From Octopus sinensis (lineage: Eukaryota), in assembly GCF_006345805.1 (NCBI RefSeq), contig NC_042997.1:108686001-108750000 (forward strand): a stretch of DNA of 64,000 bases. Reading direction: 5' to 3'. Below are positions 54,141-64,000 of this stretch, one piece after another (positions within the stretch are counted from its first letter, which is position 1; each line of letters starts with the position of its first letter). Below the pieces are notes generated by a model. It did no database searches, was not told the origin of the DNA, and was given only the letters and a program-made list of their open reading frames with translations. The position numbers and the translations under genes are program-made.

Positions 54141-56204
54141 AACAGTGAGTGAGAGAGAATGAAAAAGAGTTAGAGGGAGAAAAAGAGAGAAGGAAAGAGT
54201 AAGGGAGTGAGATCAGAGATCTAACGCTAACAAGTAATTTGAAGAAGATTTGGCAACTATTTCTAGCAGGCTATGGGACCACATAAAGCCGCCCACTTTC
54301 TAGCCCCGATGGTCGTCTGTACCTGTTGATGTTGCTCCAGTTCTCCATTTGCCTCACATCACAGGGCAGATCTCTCGTCTGCAAATGTTATGAAGAACTG
54401 GAAAAGTGGAGACGTCCAAATCTAAATAGCTGGCACCGAGTCATGGCTCTGTGAACGACTAACCCAATATGAAGAGAAGCTAATCTAATAAAGCTCCTGG
54501 CAAACTACAGTTCCATGATTAAACTCTTTTAAGTTGTTATCATAATAGAAATGACGACGACTCTGCAGAGAATCTGAGAGATTCGAAGAATAGACTTCAG
54601 TCGGGAGACGCCACGTTCGTAGACGACGGCAGTTGTGACTACAAGTTTTATGTTGATGATGATGTTTATGGTGGTGACTACGACGATGATGATGATGACA
54701 GTGATGTTGTTTATGGTGGTGACGACGACGATGATGATGATGATGATGACAGTGATGTTGTTTAGAGCATTGATTAACTTTCTACGAAAAGCACAACATT
54801 ATTTTCTCCACTATCTTCATGTTCTTTGATGACACAAGCATTATCGTCGTTTGAATGGCAAAAGGAACCGGCGCTGCCGATGAGGAATATGGCCATTCAA
54901 AATGAGGTCAAGCTCGAACATTCCGATAGTATCGGTATTCTCTGCAAATAAATAAATAAATAAACAAATAGAAATATGAAAAATAAGATGAGAAAAACTT
55001 CACTTAAAACGTTCTTGGTGTCTTATCAAACTTGTGTTATAATTTAACTATCCTATCTGCAAAAGCTGGAATTCCTTGCGGTGTTCTTCTGATATAATAT
55101 TTCGTTTGGCGTATATAAAACTCTTTACTGATTTTAAGTAGCAAGCTGTAACTGTTTCTTGGAATGAATACGAAACTATGCCTCCGGAAAATGTCACAGG
55201 TTAAACAGTTCCACGTATCATGGCGAAACAATGCCAGCGTTCAACATAAGATGAAATACAGTTTTTGCCTGATTTACTGAGAAGCGCACTTTCCTCCTTC
55301 CTCTTCTCCCTCATCTCTGTCGTTTCCTTTCTTTCTTTCCTTCCTCCTCCCTTCTTTCTTAGAGAATTACATGTTGCTGTCGACACAAGAAATTATTATT
55401 CAGAGTTTTCTTTTCTTACTTTGTTCTTACGGGATTCCTGGCGTTGCTGGAGTGAATATTTTAGCAATATCAAAGAAAAGTCGAAGAGCGAAAAGTAAAG
55501 ATGAATTTATCGCACGTTTAACAGAAAACAACAACAAAAAAAGAAATCGAATAAAACAAAACCAAAATATTGTGAAAGAAGAAGAAGAGTCGATGTGATA
55601 AAACATTCTTAATATAAATATCTTTGAAAATGCTTCGCCTCTATGGATACGCAATGGAGACGTGAGGTAAACACTTATGCAAGCATAGGGAAGCGAAACA
55701 TTAGTTTCTTCTTGGGAAATCTTGCGAGGGTTCTTTCAGATTAATTTTGTACATCATAACCTCTTTGACTCTTTGTCAACAGCATTAAAACTGCCAATAG
55801 AGACAAGAAATTGAAAAGTTTTAAACGAAAATAACCAAACTGTAAAATGAGATGAAGATTCACATTCGCTTTATACACATGTATACATACATACATACAT
55901 ACATACATACATACATACATACATACATACATACATACATTCATACATACATACATACTCATACATGTGTATGTAGGTTTGTATGTATGTATAAATGATA
56001 TGGCTGTATACCTGTGTATGTGGAGTTTCGGCTTTCTAATCTTTACAGAGTTACTCAGCTAAAGAAACGAGATCCGTCTTACATCTGCTATTCTTAAATG
56101 GGTTGATGTGTATTAGAACTGATGGTTCCTTTGAATTTTACGTTAGCATACCCCTTAGCACAGAAAAATATATTTATACTTACATAAACATACACACGCA
56201 TTCG

Positions 56205-56765
56205 TTTTGAGTTGAAATGTCACCGCGGTCGATTTTGCCTTTCGTCCTTTCGGAGTCGATAAAATAAGTACCAGTAGTATATTGGGTTCGATGTCATCGA
56301 CTAGTACTTTCCCCCACCCCACAAAACTGTTTCAGGTATCGTGCTTGCAGGGGAAAGAATTAATATAAATAGCGGCAAACTGGCAGAACCGGTAGCATCC
56401 TGGTTAAAATGCTTAACGGTCCTTCTTCCGGTTTTTCGTTCAAAGTTCAAATGTCACCGAAGTCGCCTTTGCCTTTGATAATTTCGGGGTCGATAAAATA
56501 AAGTCCCTAGTCAAGTAATCGACTTACCCCTCTCCCAATACTTCAGGCCTTGCGTCTATATTAAAAAGAATTATTGTTATTTTTTGAGGTGTCGTCTAGA
56601 ATCATTATTAGTGCTTCGGATAAAATTCTTCGTAGCATTTCTTCTGCCTCTCTGCGTTTTGATTTCAATTCCTGCCCGGATCAACTTTGCTTCTCATCCT
56701 TTCGGGGTCGATAAAATAAAGTACCTCTCAAGCGCTGGAATCGATGTAACTGATTAACTCCCTTT
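56205..56765 (+). mobile_element. Three head-to-tail diverged SINE family C units
   Basis: GTCGATAAAATAA(A)GT core occurs three times at roughly 220-240 bp spacing. Confidence 0.7.
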
Positions 56766-56789
56766 ACCTAAAACTGTTGAGAAAAATTA

Positions 56790-57119
56790 TAGTAATACCT
56801 CACTTTACGAGGACCCGCTTTACGAGACCTCGAGTTTACGAGTTTTATTTTCTAGCTCACTTTTGTATGGTGAGCTGAAAGTTTTCAAGCACAACATCCA
56901 AATTTTGAAAGAAGTGTAAACGTTTCTACTCCCATAACAAATTCTGCGTGTTACCGAGAAATTTATGGAGAGCGAAAAAAAAAAGCTTCTTCTAAGCAAA
57001 CAACTCTAGACTTGTTTTTTTAAAAAAGAAATCTATAAGTCCGTCTACGAGTGCTTGTGAATCGGCGATCGCATCTACAAGTGATGGTGTGTGCGAGTGA
57101 AAGTGATTCAGAAAATGGT

Positions 57120-57216
<97 letters not shown>

Positions 57217-57473
57217 TTTCATATTACAAATGATCTTGACATCCTTTTTTGCTTTACATAAAATATTGTTTACATTCTAATGTTGTTTTATTACTATTTA
57301 TTTACGAGTATTACGAGTAACCCTAACTCTAATTTTATTGGTAAGATTTTTTTCTGGGAACGAATTACAATTTATAACATTGCTACTATGGGAAATTATT
57401 GTTCCACTTTACGAATTTTCGCTTTAAGAGCAGTTCCCGGAAATAAACCAACTCGTATGTCGAAGCATTACTG
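56790..57473 (+). mobile_element. Internally deleted pogo/Tigger transposon retaining the transposase C-terminus
   Basis: TIRs TA-TAGTAATACCTCACTTTACGAG and CTCGTATGTCGAAGCATTACTG-TA; interior encodes QHPNFERS...CYREIYGERKKK and KQTTLDLFFKK. Confidence 0.75.
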
Positions 57474-57703
57474 TATTATCAAAATGATTAAAAGTGGCGA
57501 AGTGGCAGAGTTGCTGGCAAGGTGGATGGAGGTATACACGATCCCTTTTGATGGTTTTTCCCCGATCCCTTTTGATCGGAATTTTACTTTTTTGTCTTAT
57601 TTTCCACCTTTTCTTCATTTTCGAAAAGAAAAGCTCTACATTTGTATTTGTCTCCTCTGTGCTAAGCCCTTTGTGGCCAATAAAGTTATCCATCCATCCA
57701 TCC

Positions 57704-57814
<111 letters not shown>

Positions 57815-58371
57815 AGATATAGTGAGGGAAAGAGGGAGGAGAAAGAATTTTGCCGGATTAAAGAGGAGGAGCGTGCGACTAAAGGAGTGGTGCTGATGCG
57901 CATGTGCAGTAAAGGAAGAGAGCTGAACCAAAGAAAGTACTGTAAAGTAATATGTTGGGAAGAACGGAGTGCTGTGAGGTTTTGGATTTCTTCAAAGAGC
58001 GATGTATGATGTGCTTCAATCATCGCCTGGTATCAAATGATAGGTTGGAGTGTCATTATTGTCATCGTTCGTGAGGGTCATGTATGATTGGAGTATATTC
58101 GGGCAGCATAGCGAAGCACTCTGCTAGTCATGCCTGGTGGTAAACCAAAGCGTCATACATCATTGCTGATGAAGCAAAAACATCCAGTGTGATGAGAATC
58201 ATTGACAACTTAGACTCGGCTATTTTTTTTCCATGAGGAGGGCAAAAAAGTGCAACACAGGAAGCAAAGCAAATTTAGGACCCAGATTGCTTTTGACTGA
58301 AAGCAGAAGGTAGATTTTAGAGGAATTGCATCTCAGACATATTGCAATAATGGAACAAAACCTTGATTTTA

Positions 58372-58590
58372 TTTCTTTATTGCCCACAAGGGGCTAAACA
58401 TAAAAGGGACAAACAAAGACAGACAAAGGGATTAAGTCGAATACATGCGTAACTGGTACTTAATTTATCGACCCCGAAAGGATGTAAGGCAAAGTCGACC
58501 TTGGCGGTATTTGAACTCAGAACGTAAAGACAGACGAAAAACCGCTAAGCAATTCGCCCGGCGTGCTAACGTTTCTGCCAGTTCGCCTCC
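58372..58590 (-). mobile_element. tRNA-derived SINE family C, full length
   Basis: Reverse complement of the family C consensus including the AGCCCCTTGTGGG tail. Confidence 0.85.
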
Positions 58591-59555
58591 TTGATCTTGT
58601 GGTAGTGGATTTCTAACAAGAAGACAAATGTGATAAATTTTAGGGGAGGTTACAATCGGTTCAATTCAAATTACTTTATTGTAACTAGATAGTGGAATGC
58701 ATTTTGTTCGACACTCTACTGAATATTCGCAAATCCACCATCTTGAAACAGAACTAGTACAAAACAACAGAACACGTGTTTACAATTAAAAAAAGATTTG
58801 GTACAGACAGAAGAGAAACAAAAAAACGGAACCCCACCCCAATAAATAAATAAATATATAAAAACATAAATTCAGAACGGGACACGAACTCACGTTCGTT
58901 TTGTTAAGTGTTTATTGTAGCTACTACTATAACACAGATCGTAAGGGCTGATTCCAGTTCCCGCTAGGTTTTATTTCAATTATGCTTTTAGCAAAAGCAT
59001 TACTTGCGAATTGTTTCATTTTGTTTTTGATTGTATGTGTATTTCATGGATATCATAGTTTTCTATTTCTCTCTCCACCAACAACATTCTTAGATTTTTG
59101 TTACTATTTAAGAACTAGAAGCCTGAACGGACAGAAAATAGTCAAGGATGCGTGTAATCAAAGTGGATTTGTTAGTCACAATGGATGATTTGGTTCTGTT
59201 TAACAAGGAAGTGAGAACATACTGTCAAATGTTAAAGAATTTCCCTGGCCGATATTCTGTAAAGCAATGCAATCATCGTGACGGAATTTAAAGAAAGATC
59301 TCCATAAATAATGTCCCTGAGATGAATAGAAGGAATACAACTCCCTCCCCACCACATGAGTTCATGTAGCAGAAATCAAAAAAGAAAAAAAAAAACATGT
59401 CGAGGAAGTTCATTTAAGAGTTTATCAGTGGAAATGATCTGCCGTTGCTGCTGCGAGGTTTAGACATCTAAATGGTAATAAAACTGACTTGTACAGCCAG
59501 AAGTGCAAAGAAGAGTAAAAGACATTCACACACACACACACAGGTGAATGTGTGC

Positions 59556-59586
<31 letters not shown>

Positions 59587-59824
59587 TGTATGTATGTATG
59601 TATGTATATGTGTATATATACATATATCTATACAAATATATTTATATACGTATATACATACATACATGTATACACACACACACATATATACATACACACA
59701 CATGCATACACACACATACATACACAAACACACACACATACACATACACACATACAAGGCATTTAGTGATTGGATTTGTAAGGTGATATCGATAGAAAAG
59801 TAACAAGAACATGAAATACTTTTA

Positions 59825-59920
<96 letters not shown>

Positions 59921-60389
59921 AGAGAGAGAGATAATGAGGGGAGAAAGGCTGGGTGAGAGAGTAATATGCAGAATGTGGATGATTTTATTAATGAAGAATT
60001 TTCACTTGAGGAATGTCAAATAACATGAAATACTGAAGAACCTGAAGCAGGAATCAAAGAAATTAACAATGGTTGCTTCCATTTATATACAATTCTTTAA
60101 ATCGAAAAGTTGAGGATGCAATGGAAATGAGGCGGCGAGGTGGATGGAATGGCTAGAGATAATTAGATCGAACCCACTACTTATTCCTTCCATTGATCCG
60201 AGTATGCTGAATTGCAAAAATGGTCCGAACTTTGAAGAATACAGTTTAGTAAAGAAACCTTTTATACAATTTCTTTAAAAGACAATGGTATGTCATTATA
60301 TATTCGTAGCTTACTCTATTCTAATTCAGAATATATCTATAGATTTGAGCTAGCACAGTAGGTATAATCTTTATCTATACAATATTTTC

Positions 60390-60452
60390 ATGGATAGAGA
60401 AGACGGCATAAGCCGGATTGTTTTCATTGCAGCGTTGGTCTTTCATTGGCAA
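60390..60452 (+). CDS. Candidate first coding exon (MDREDGISRIVFIAALVFHWQ), possible signal peptide; protein unidentified
   Basis: ATG in unique DNA, hydrophobic stretch, ends in phase 0 at a consensus donor AA|GTGAGT (60453). No downstream exon identified. Confidence 0.3.
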
Positions 60453-60639
60453 GTGAGTACCCTCTTTAACTATCCCTAGAGTGCTAGATATAACCCCACA
60501 ATTGCTAAGCGCTGAAGATTTGCATGTCATACATAATGTGATCTTGGACGTTATTTCGATTAATAAACTGCCGTTGTGTTGTTTCGTTTCAATGCTACAA
60601 TGTACTACGATATATATTTATACATTTTAGTCAACCCTT

Positions 60640-60830
60640 GTAACTACATGTGGTTTGTTGACGATTCTTTTCCTCCGTTCTCTTTTTCTCTTGGACTTTC
60701 TTCTGTTTCTGAAGAAGAGCTTTTCTTGAAACGTAAAACAACCTTTCTTTCCTTCCCTGAGCGTCTTTTAATACTTTGCATTTACAACGTCCTCGCGTTG
60801 TTTTTTCTTGTGTTTTTTTATTATCAATTA
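60640..60830 (+). mobile_element. Penelope-like terminal fragment with canonical-core hammerhead-like motif (60704-60740)
   Basis: TGTTT-CTGAAGA-AGAGCTTTTCTT-GAAA-CGTA-AAACA; downstream sequence is shared with 30905-31010. Confidence 0.55.
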
Positions 60831-60840
60831 TCTATCTATC

Positions 60841-60937
<97 letters not shown>

Positions 60938-61079
60938 ATATATTATTTAATACTTTTATGCCTTTCAGCCCAAAGGCTCTGGCCCTGTTGGGTCACCGCC
61001 AATGTAATCACATTTTCAATGGCCATTCTTATGCAATTGTCTTTTGGTGAAAGAAGGATTTCGACATTGCTGCCCTCGT

Positions 61080-61910
61080 TTGAGTTTCTTGCCGTAATCT
61101 GGGAACTTGAACAACAGGCGGTCAAGTTGTTTCTTGAAAACATCTACCCCTATTCCATGAAGACCCCTCAGACGTTTTGGCAAGGTATGAAGTGGCTGTA
61201 GGCTCTTGAATCCCAAACTATTGCAGTGCATGGTCCTCATCCGAGATGAGATTGCTAGCATCTTTGGAACAATGCAGTGACGTCCAGTTCGGAGGCTGAT
61301 AGCTCTCGATAAAAAAAGTGTGGTGTAAGCCCTTCCAGGATCTTCCATGCATGTATCAATATATACCTCGCCCGTCTTCGCTCCTGGGAGTATAGTCGTA
61401 GCTCTTTCTGTCTCTCTCAGCAGCTCAGCTGTTCCAATGATGCAATATTCCTGGTATAGTACCACTGAAATGCTTCAAGTTCTGCTTTAGTTTGTTACTA
61501 TGAGCTGACCAGAGTTGAGAGCAATGGTTCAGATAGCTGAGTACAAACGTCCTCCATAGAACCAGCATAGTTTTCCTGGTCCCTTGTTCTGAAGCTTCTC
61601 AGAACCTACCCAGTTATTTGCCTGCACATTGCCACCACCTTCGTGAAATGTACGTGAAACGAGGTATTATTGCTCATATCAATCCCAAGATCACACACTA
61701 TACTTGTCAGTGGGATCGCCGCTCCTTTTGGTCCAGACTATCGTTGTTGCGGTTTCTGAGCGTTGGCTAGTTGAGAGCGGAGAGTTTGAGATTTCTCTGC
61801 ATTAAACTGCATGTTGCTTTCTTCAGCTCATTTATATATGGCATCTAGGTCTTTCTATAGCAGATCGGCATCGGAAGATTTCTTGATTGCTTGTACTACT
61901 TTTGTATTTT
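61080..61910 (-). mobile_element. Decayed CR1-like LINE, RT C-terminus to 3' end
   Basis: KDLDAIYK*AEESNMQFNAEK and NSLGFKSLQPLHTLPKRLRGLHGIGVDVFKKQLDRLL. Confidence 0.75.
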
Positions 61911-61990
61911 AAGAAGTCATGCAACTACTCTTAACCACCCTCCTAGTTTTCCGATTATGCCGAGTTTCCGTGTACACACACAGACACACA

Positions 61991-62028
<38 letters not shown>

Positions 62029-62304
62029 CACACAAACACCAGGGACGTGCCGCCTAGTTAGGCAAGGTAGGTACTGCCTACCTTGAATAAAATAGATCGA
62101 TAGCAGCATTTTCTTTTATAGGAAATTGGAATTGAGTGTCCAGTAGAACTGTTACAAACGGTTTGCCCCCTGGCACGGCCATAATTATCAGTAAAGTATT
62201 GGATAGCTGAAAAGAATGGATAACATGGTACCGCAGGCTGCAGGTAGTAAGCCAGCTACGCATGTAAAACTCCAGGAGCTTCAACAAAACCTGTGATAAA
62301 GAGA

Positions 62305-62368
<64 letters not shown>

Positions 62369-62370
62369 TA

Positions 62371-62466
<96 letters not shown>
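62305..62466. repeat. (AAT)n microsatellite (another at 57120-57215)
   Basis: Directly visible. Confidence 0.97.
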
Positions 62467-62468
<2 letters not shown>

Positions 62469-62832
62469 TTAACTTTAAAAAAAAAAAATGAACGAACTAT
62501 TGAGTTTGGTTTAATGGCCTACCAATGTATACTATGAGTTTCTTTGCCCTAGGAGTCGGGAAGACACCCGGCAAGAAATGGAAGCAAATTTGAAAGAAGA
62601 AGAAGAAAAAAAAAAAATAATAATCATCATAATTTGCGGGTGATATATACAAAAATGTTACATGTATGCAGCCAGTGACCAGTCAATATCTTTTGCATTC
62701 CTCCGCCGAGGTTGACTTTACCTTTCATCCTTTCGGGGTCGATAAGTCAAGTACCAGTTGCGTACTGGGTCGATCTAATCGACTGGGCCCCTCCCCCCCA
62801 AATATACATACATACATACATACATACATACA

Positions 62833-62924
<92 letters not shown>

Positions 62925-62929
<5 letters not shown>

Positions 62930-64000
62930 CGGGAAGCTTACGAAAATAAACAAAAGACGAAGGCAGGTGGAGTACAAACAAACAATTGTATTAGTATGGC
63001 GTTCAGGAATAGAAATAAAACAAGTCTTTTTCGTTTCGAGCCTACGCTCTTCAACAGAAAGATACAGAGAAAAGAAACACGGAGAGAAACAAGGAGACAA
63101 AAAAAATGCGTGCAGGAGCTAACGATTCAACATGGCGGTCTGATTTCGGCCAGAAGTCAGAGATCATACGTTAGACGCAAGAGGGATAGTAGGGGAGATA
63201 ACAAGGTCAAATGACCTCGTCCCAACATAAGGGTGCGTGTGTGTATGAGAGAGTATGTATGTGCGTATGAAAGGTCTGGACGTGTGTATGTATGTATGAT
63301 GTGATGTGTAATGTCGTATGTGTGTAGTGTAGTGTCGTATGGTGTAGTGTAGTGGGTGGGAGGGGGGAAAAGCCCATGTGGGGTGTGGTTTCGGCTGGGG
63401 GTTGGGGTAGAGTGGGGGTTGTGGGGAGAGTGAAAGGGGAGAGAAGAGAGAGGAAGGAGTGGAAGAGGGAAGAGAGATGAGGGGGGAGAGAGATGAGGGG
63501 GAGAGGGGAGGAGGAGGGAGGAGAGATGAGGGGAGGGGAGAGAGGAGATGAGATGAGGGGGTGAGGGGGGAAAAGAAGGAAGGAGAGGAGAGGGAAGGGG
63601 AGGGCGAGAGGGGGAGAAGGAAGGAGAGGAGAAGAGGAGTGGGATGGGAAAGGATGGGAGAGGAGGGGGAGGGGGAAAGAAGGGGAGTGAGGGAGCAGAG
63701 AGAAAGAGAGAAGGGAAGAGGGAAGAAGAAAGAGGAAAGAAGAGGAGGGAAAGAGAGTAGGGGTGAAAAGATGAAGGACTGAAGAGAAGTAGGAGTCGGG
63801 GGGAGGTTAGATGAGAAGGGGTGAGTTGAGACCAAATGGCGTGAAAGAGCGAAGAGAGAAGATTAATTCCTGTTCACGGCGCAAACGGGAATCTGGATGG
63901 CCTCTGTGCAAGGACAATCCGAACACAGACAGGTGTTGCAAGGAGTGACCGGTGGAGCGGAAATGGCGTGAGACCGGTGTGTCGTTGGCAAGGCGGATGT
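62925..64000 (-). mobile_element. Penelope-like retroelement 3' part: GIY-YIG C-terminus, low-complexity UTR and terminal region with hammerhead-like motif; runs off the window
   Basis: Open frame 63998-63807 plus a downstream terminal region that recurs as solo copies at 28.1 and 48.9 kb. Confidence 0.75.
63807..63998 (-). CDS. C-terminal part of a Penelope-type GIY-YIG endonuclease domain (partial, start outside window)
   Basis: IRLANDTPVSRHFRSTGHSLQHLSVFGLSLHRGHPDSRLRREQELIFSLRSFTPFGLNSPLLI*, matching the PVxxHF...H...RxxxEqxxIxxLxTxxPxGLN pattern of PLE GIY-YIG domains; absent from the ORF track because it lacks a start codon. Confidence 0.75.
   Translation of the reverse strand: MRLANDTPVSRHFRSTGHSLQHLSVFGLSLHRGHPDSRLRREQELIFSLRSFTPFGLNSPLLI

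Noticed and set aside
54830-54946. Neuropeptide-like terminal exon on the minus strand (...HIPHRQRRFLLPFKRR*)
   Set aside because: Basic sites are suggestive, but I could not join it in frame to any upstream exon with a start codon and it matches no peptide family I know.
55371-55598. 75-aa ORF with hydrophobic N-terminus (MLLSTQEIIIQSFLFLLCSYG...)
   Set aside because: The C-terminal half is A-rich low-complexity sequence; no homology or splice support.
63164-63835. 223-aa Ser/Pro/Leu-rich ORF
   Set aside because: Translation of the CT-rich low-complexity UTR of the Penelope-like element.

Overview
Eukaryotic, AT-rich, extremely microsatellite-dense DNA. The SINE families and (TA)n/(TACA)n/(TATC)n/(CA)n arrays fit a coleoid cephalopod, probably Octopus (inferred from repeat sequence, not from a search). 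I cannot support any intact, recognisable host protein-coding gene, rRNA, true tRNA gene or CRISPR array; most ORFs in the track are translated microsatellites. The window is a transposon graveyard: decayed restriction-endonuclease-type (R4/Dong-like) LINEs, an RTE LINE, two CR1-like LINE 3' ends, mariner and pogo/Tigger DNA transposons and MITEs, two Helitron-like non-autonomous elements, three tRNA-derived SINE families and many Penelope-like (PLE) remnants. The most notable signal is a set of minimal hammerhead-ribozyme-like motifs in the PLE-related repeats. One sits downstream of a GIY-YIG C-terminus at the right edge, and one subfamily shares a non-canonical CUGU core. There are also five 180-270 bp fold-back hairpins or inverted repeats, a near-identical 1.25 kb tandem duplication, an NRF1/ETS promoter-like island at 18.2 kb and a few unverified splice-signal candidates. 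Repeat boundaries are approximate and were read by eye.
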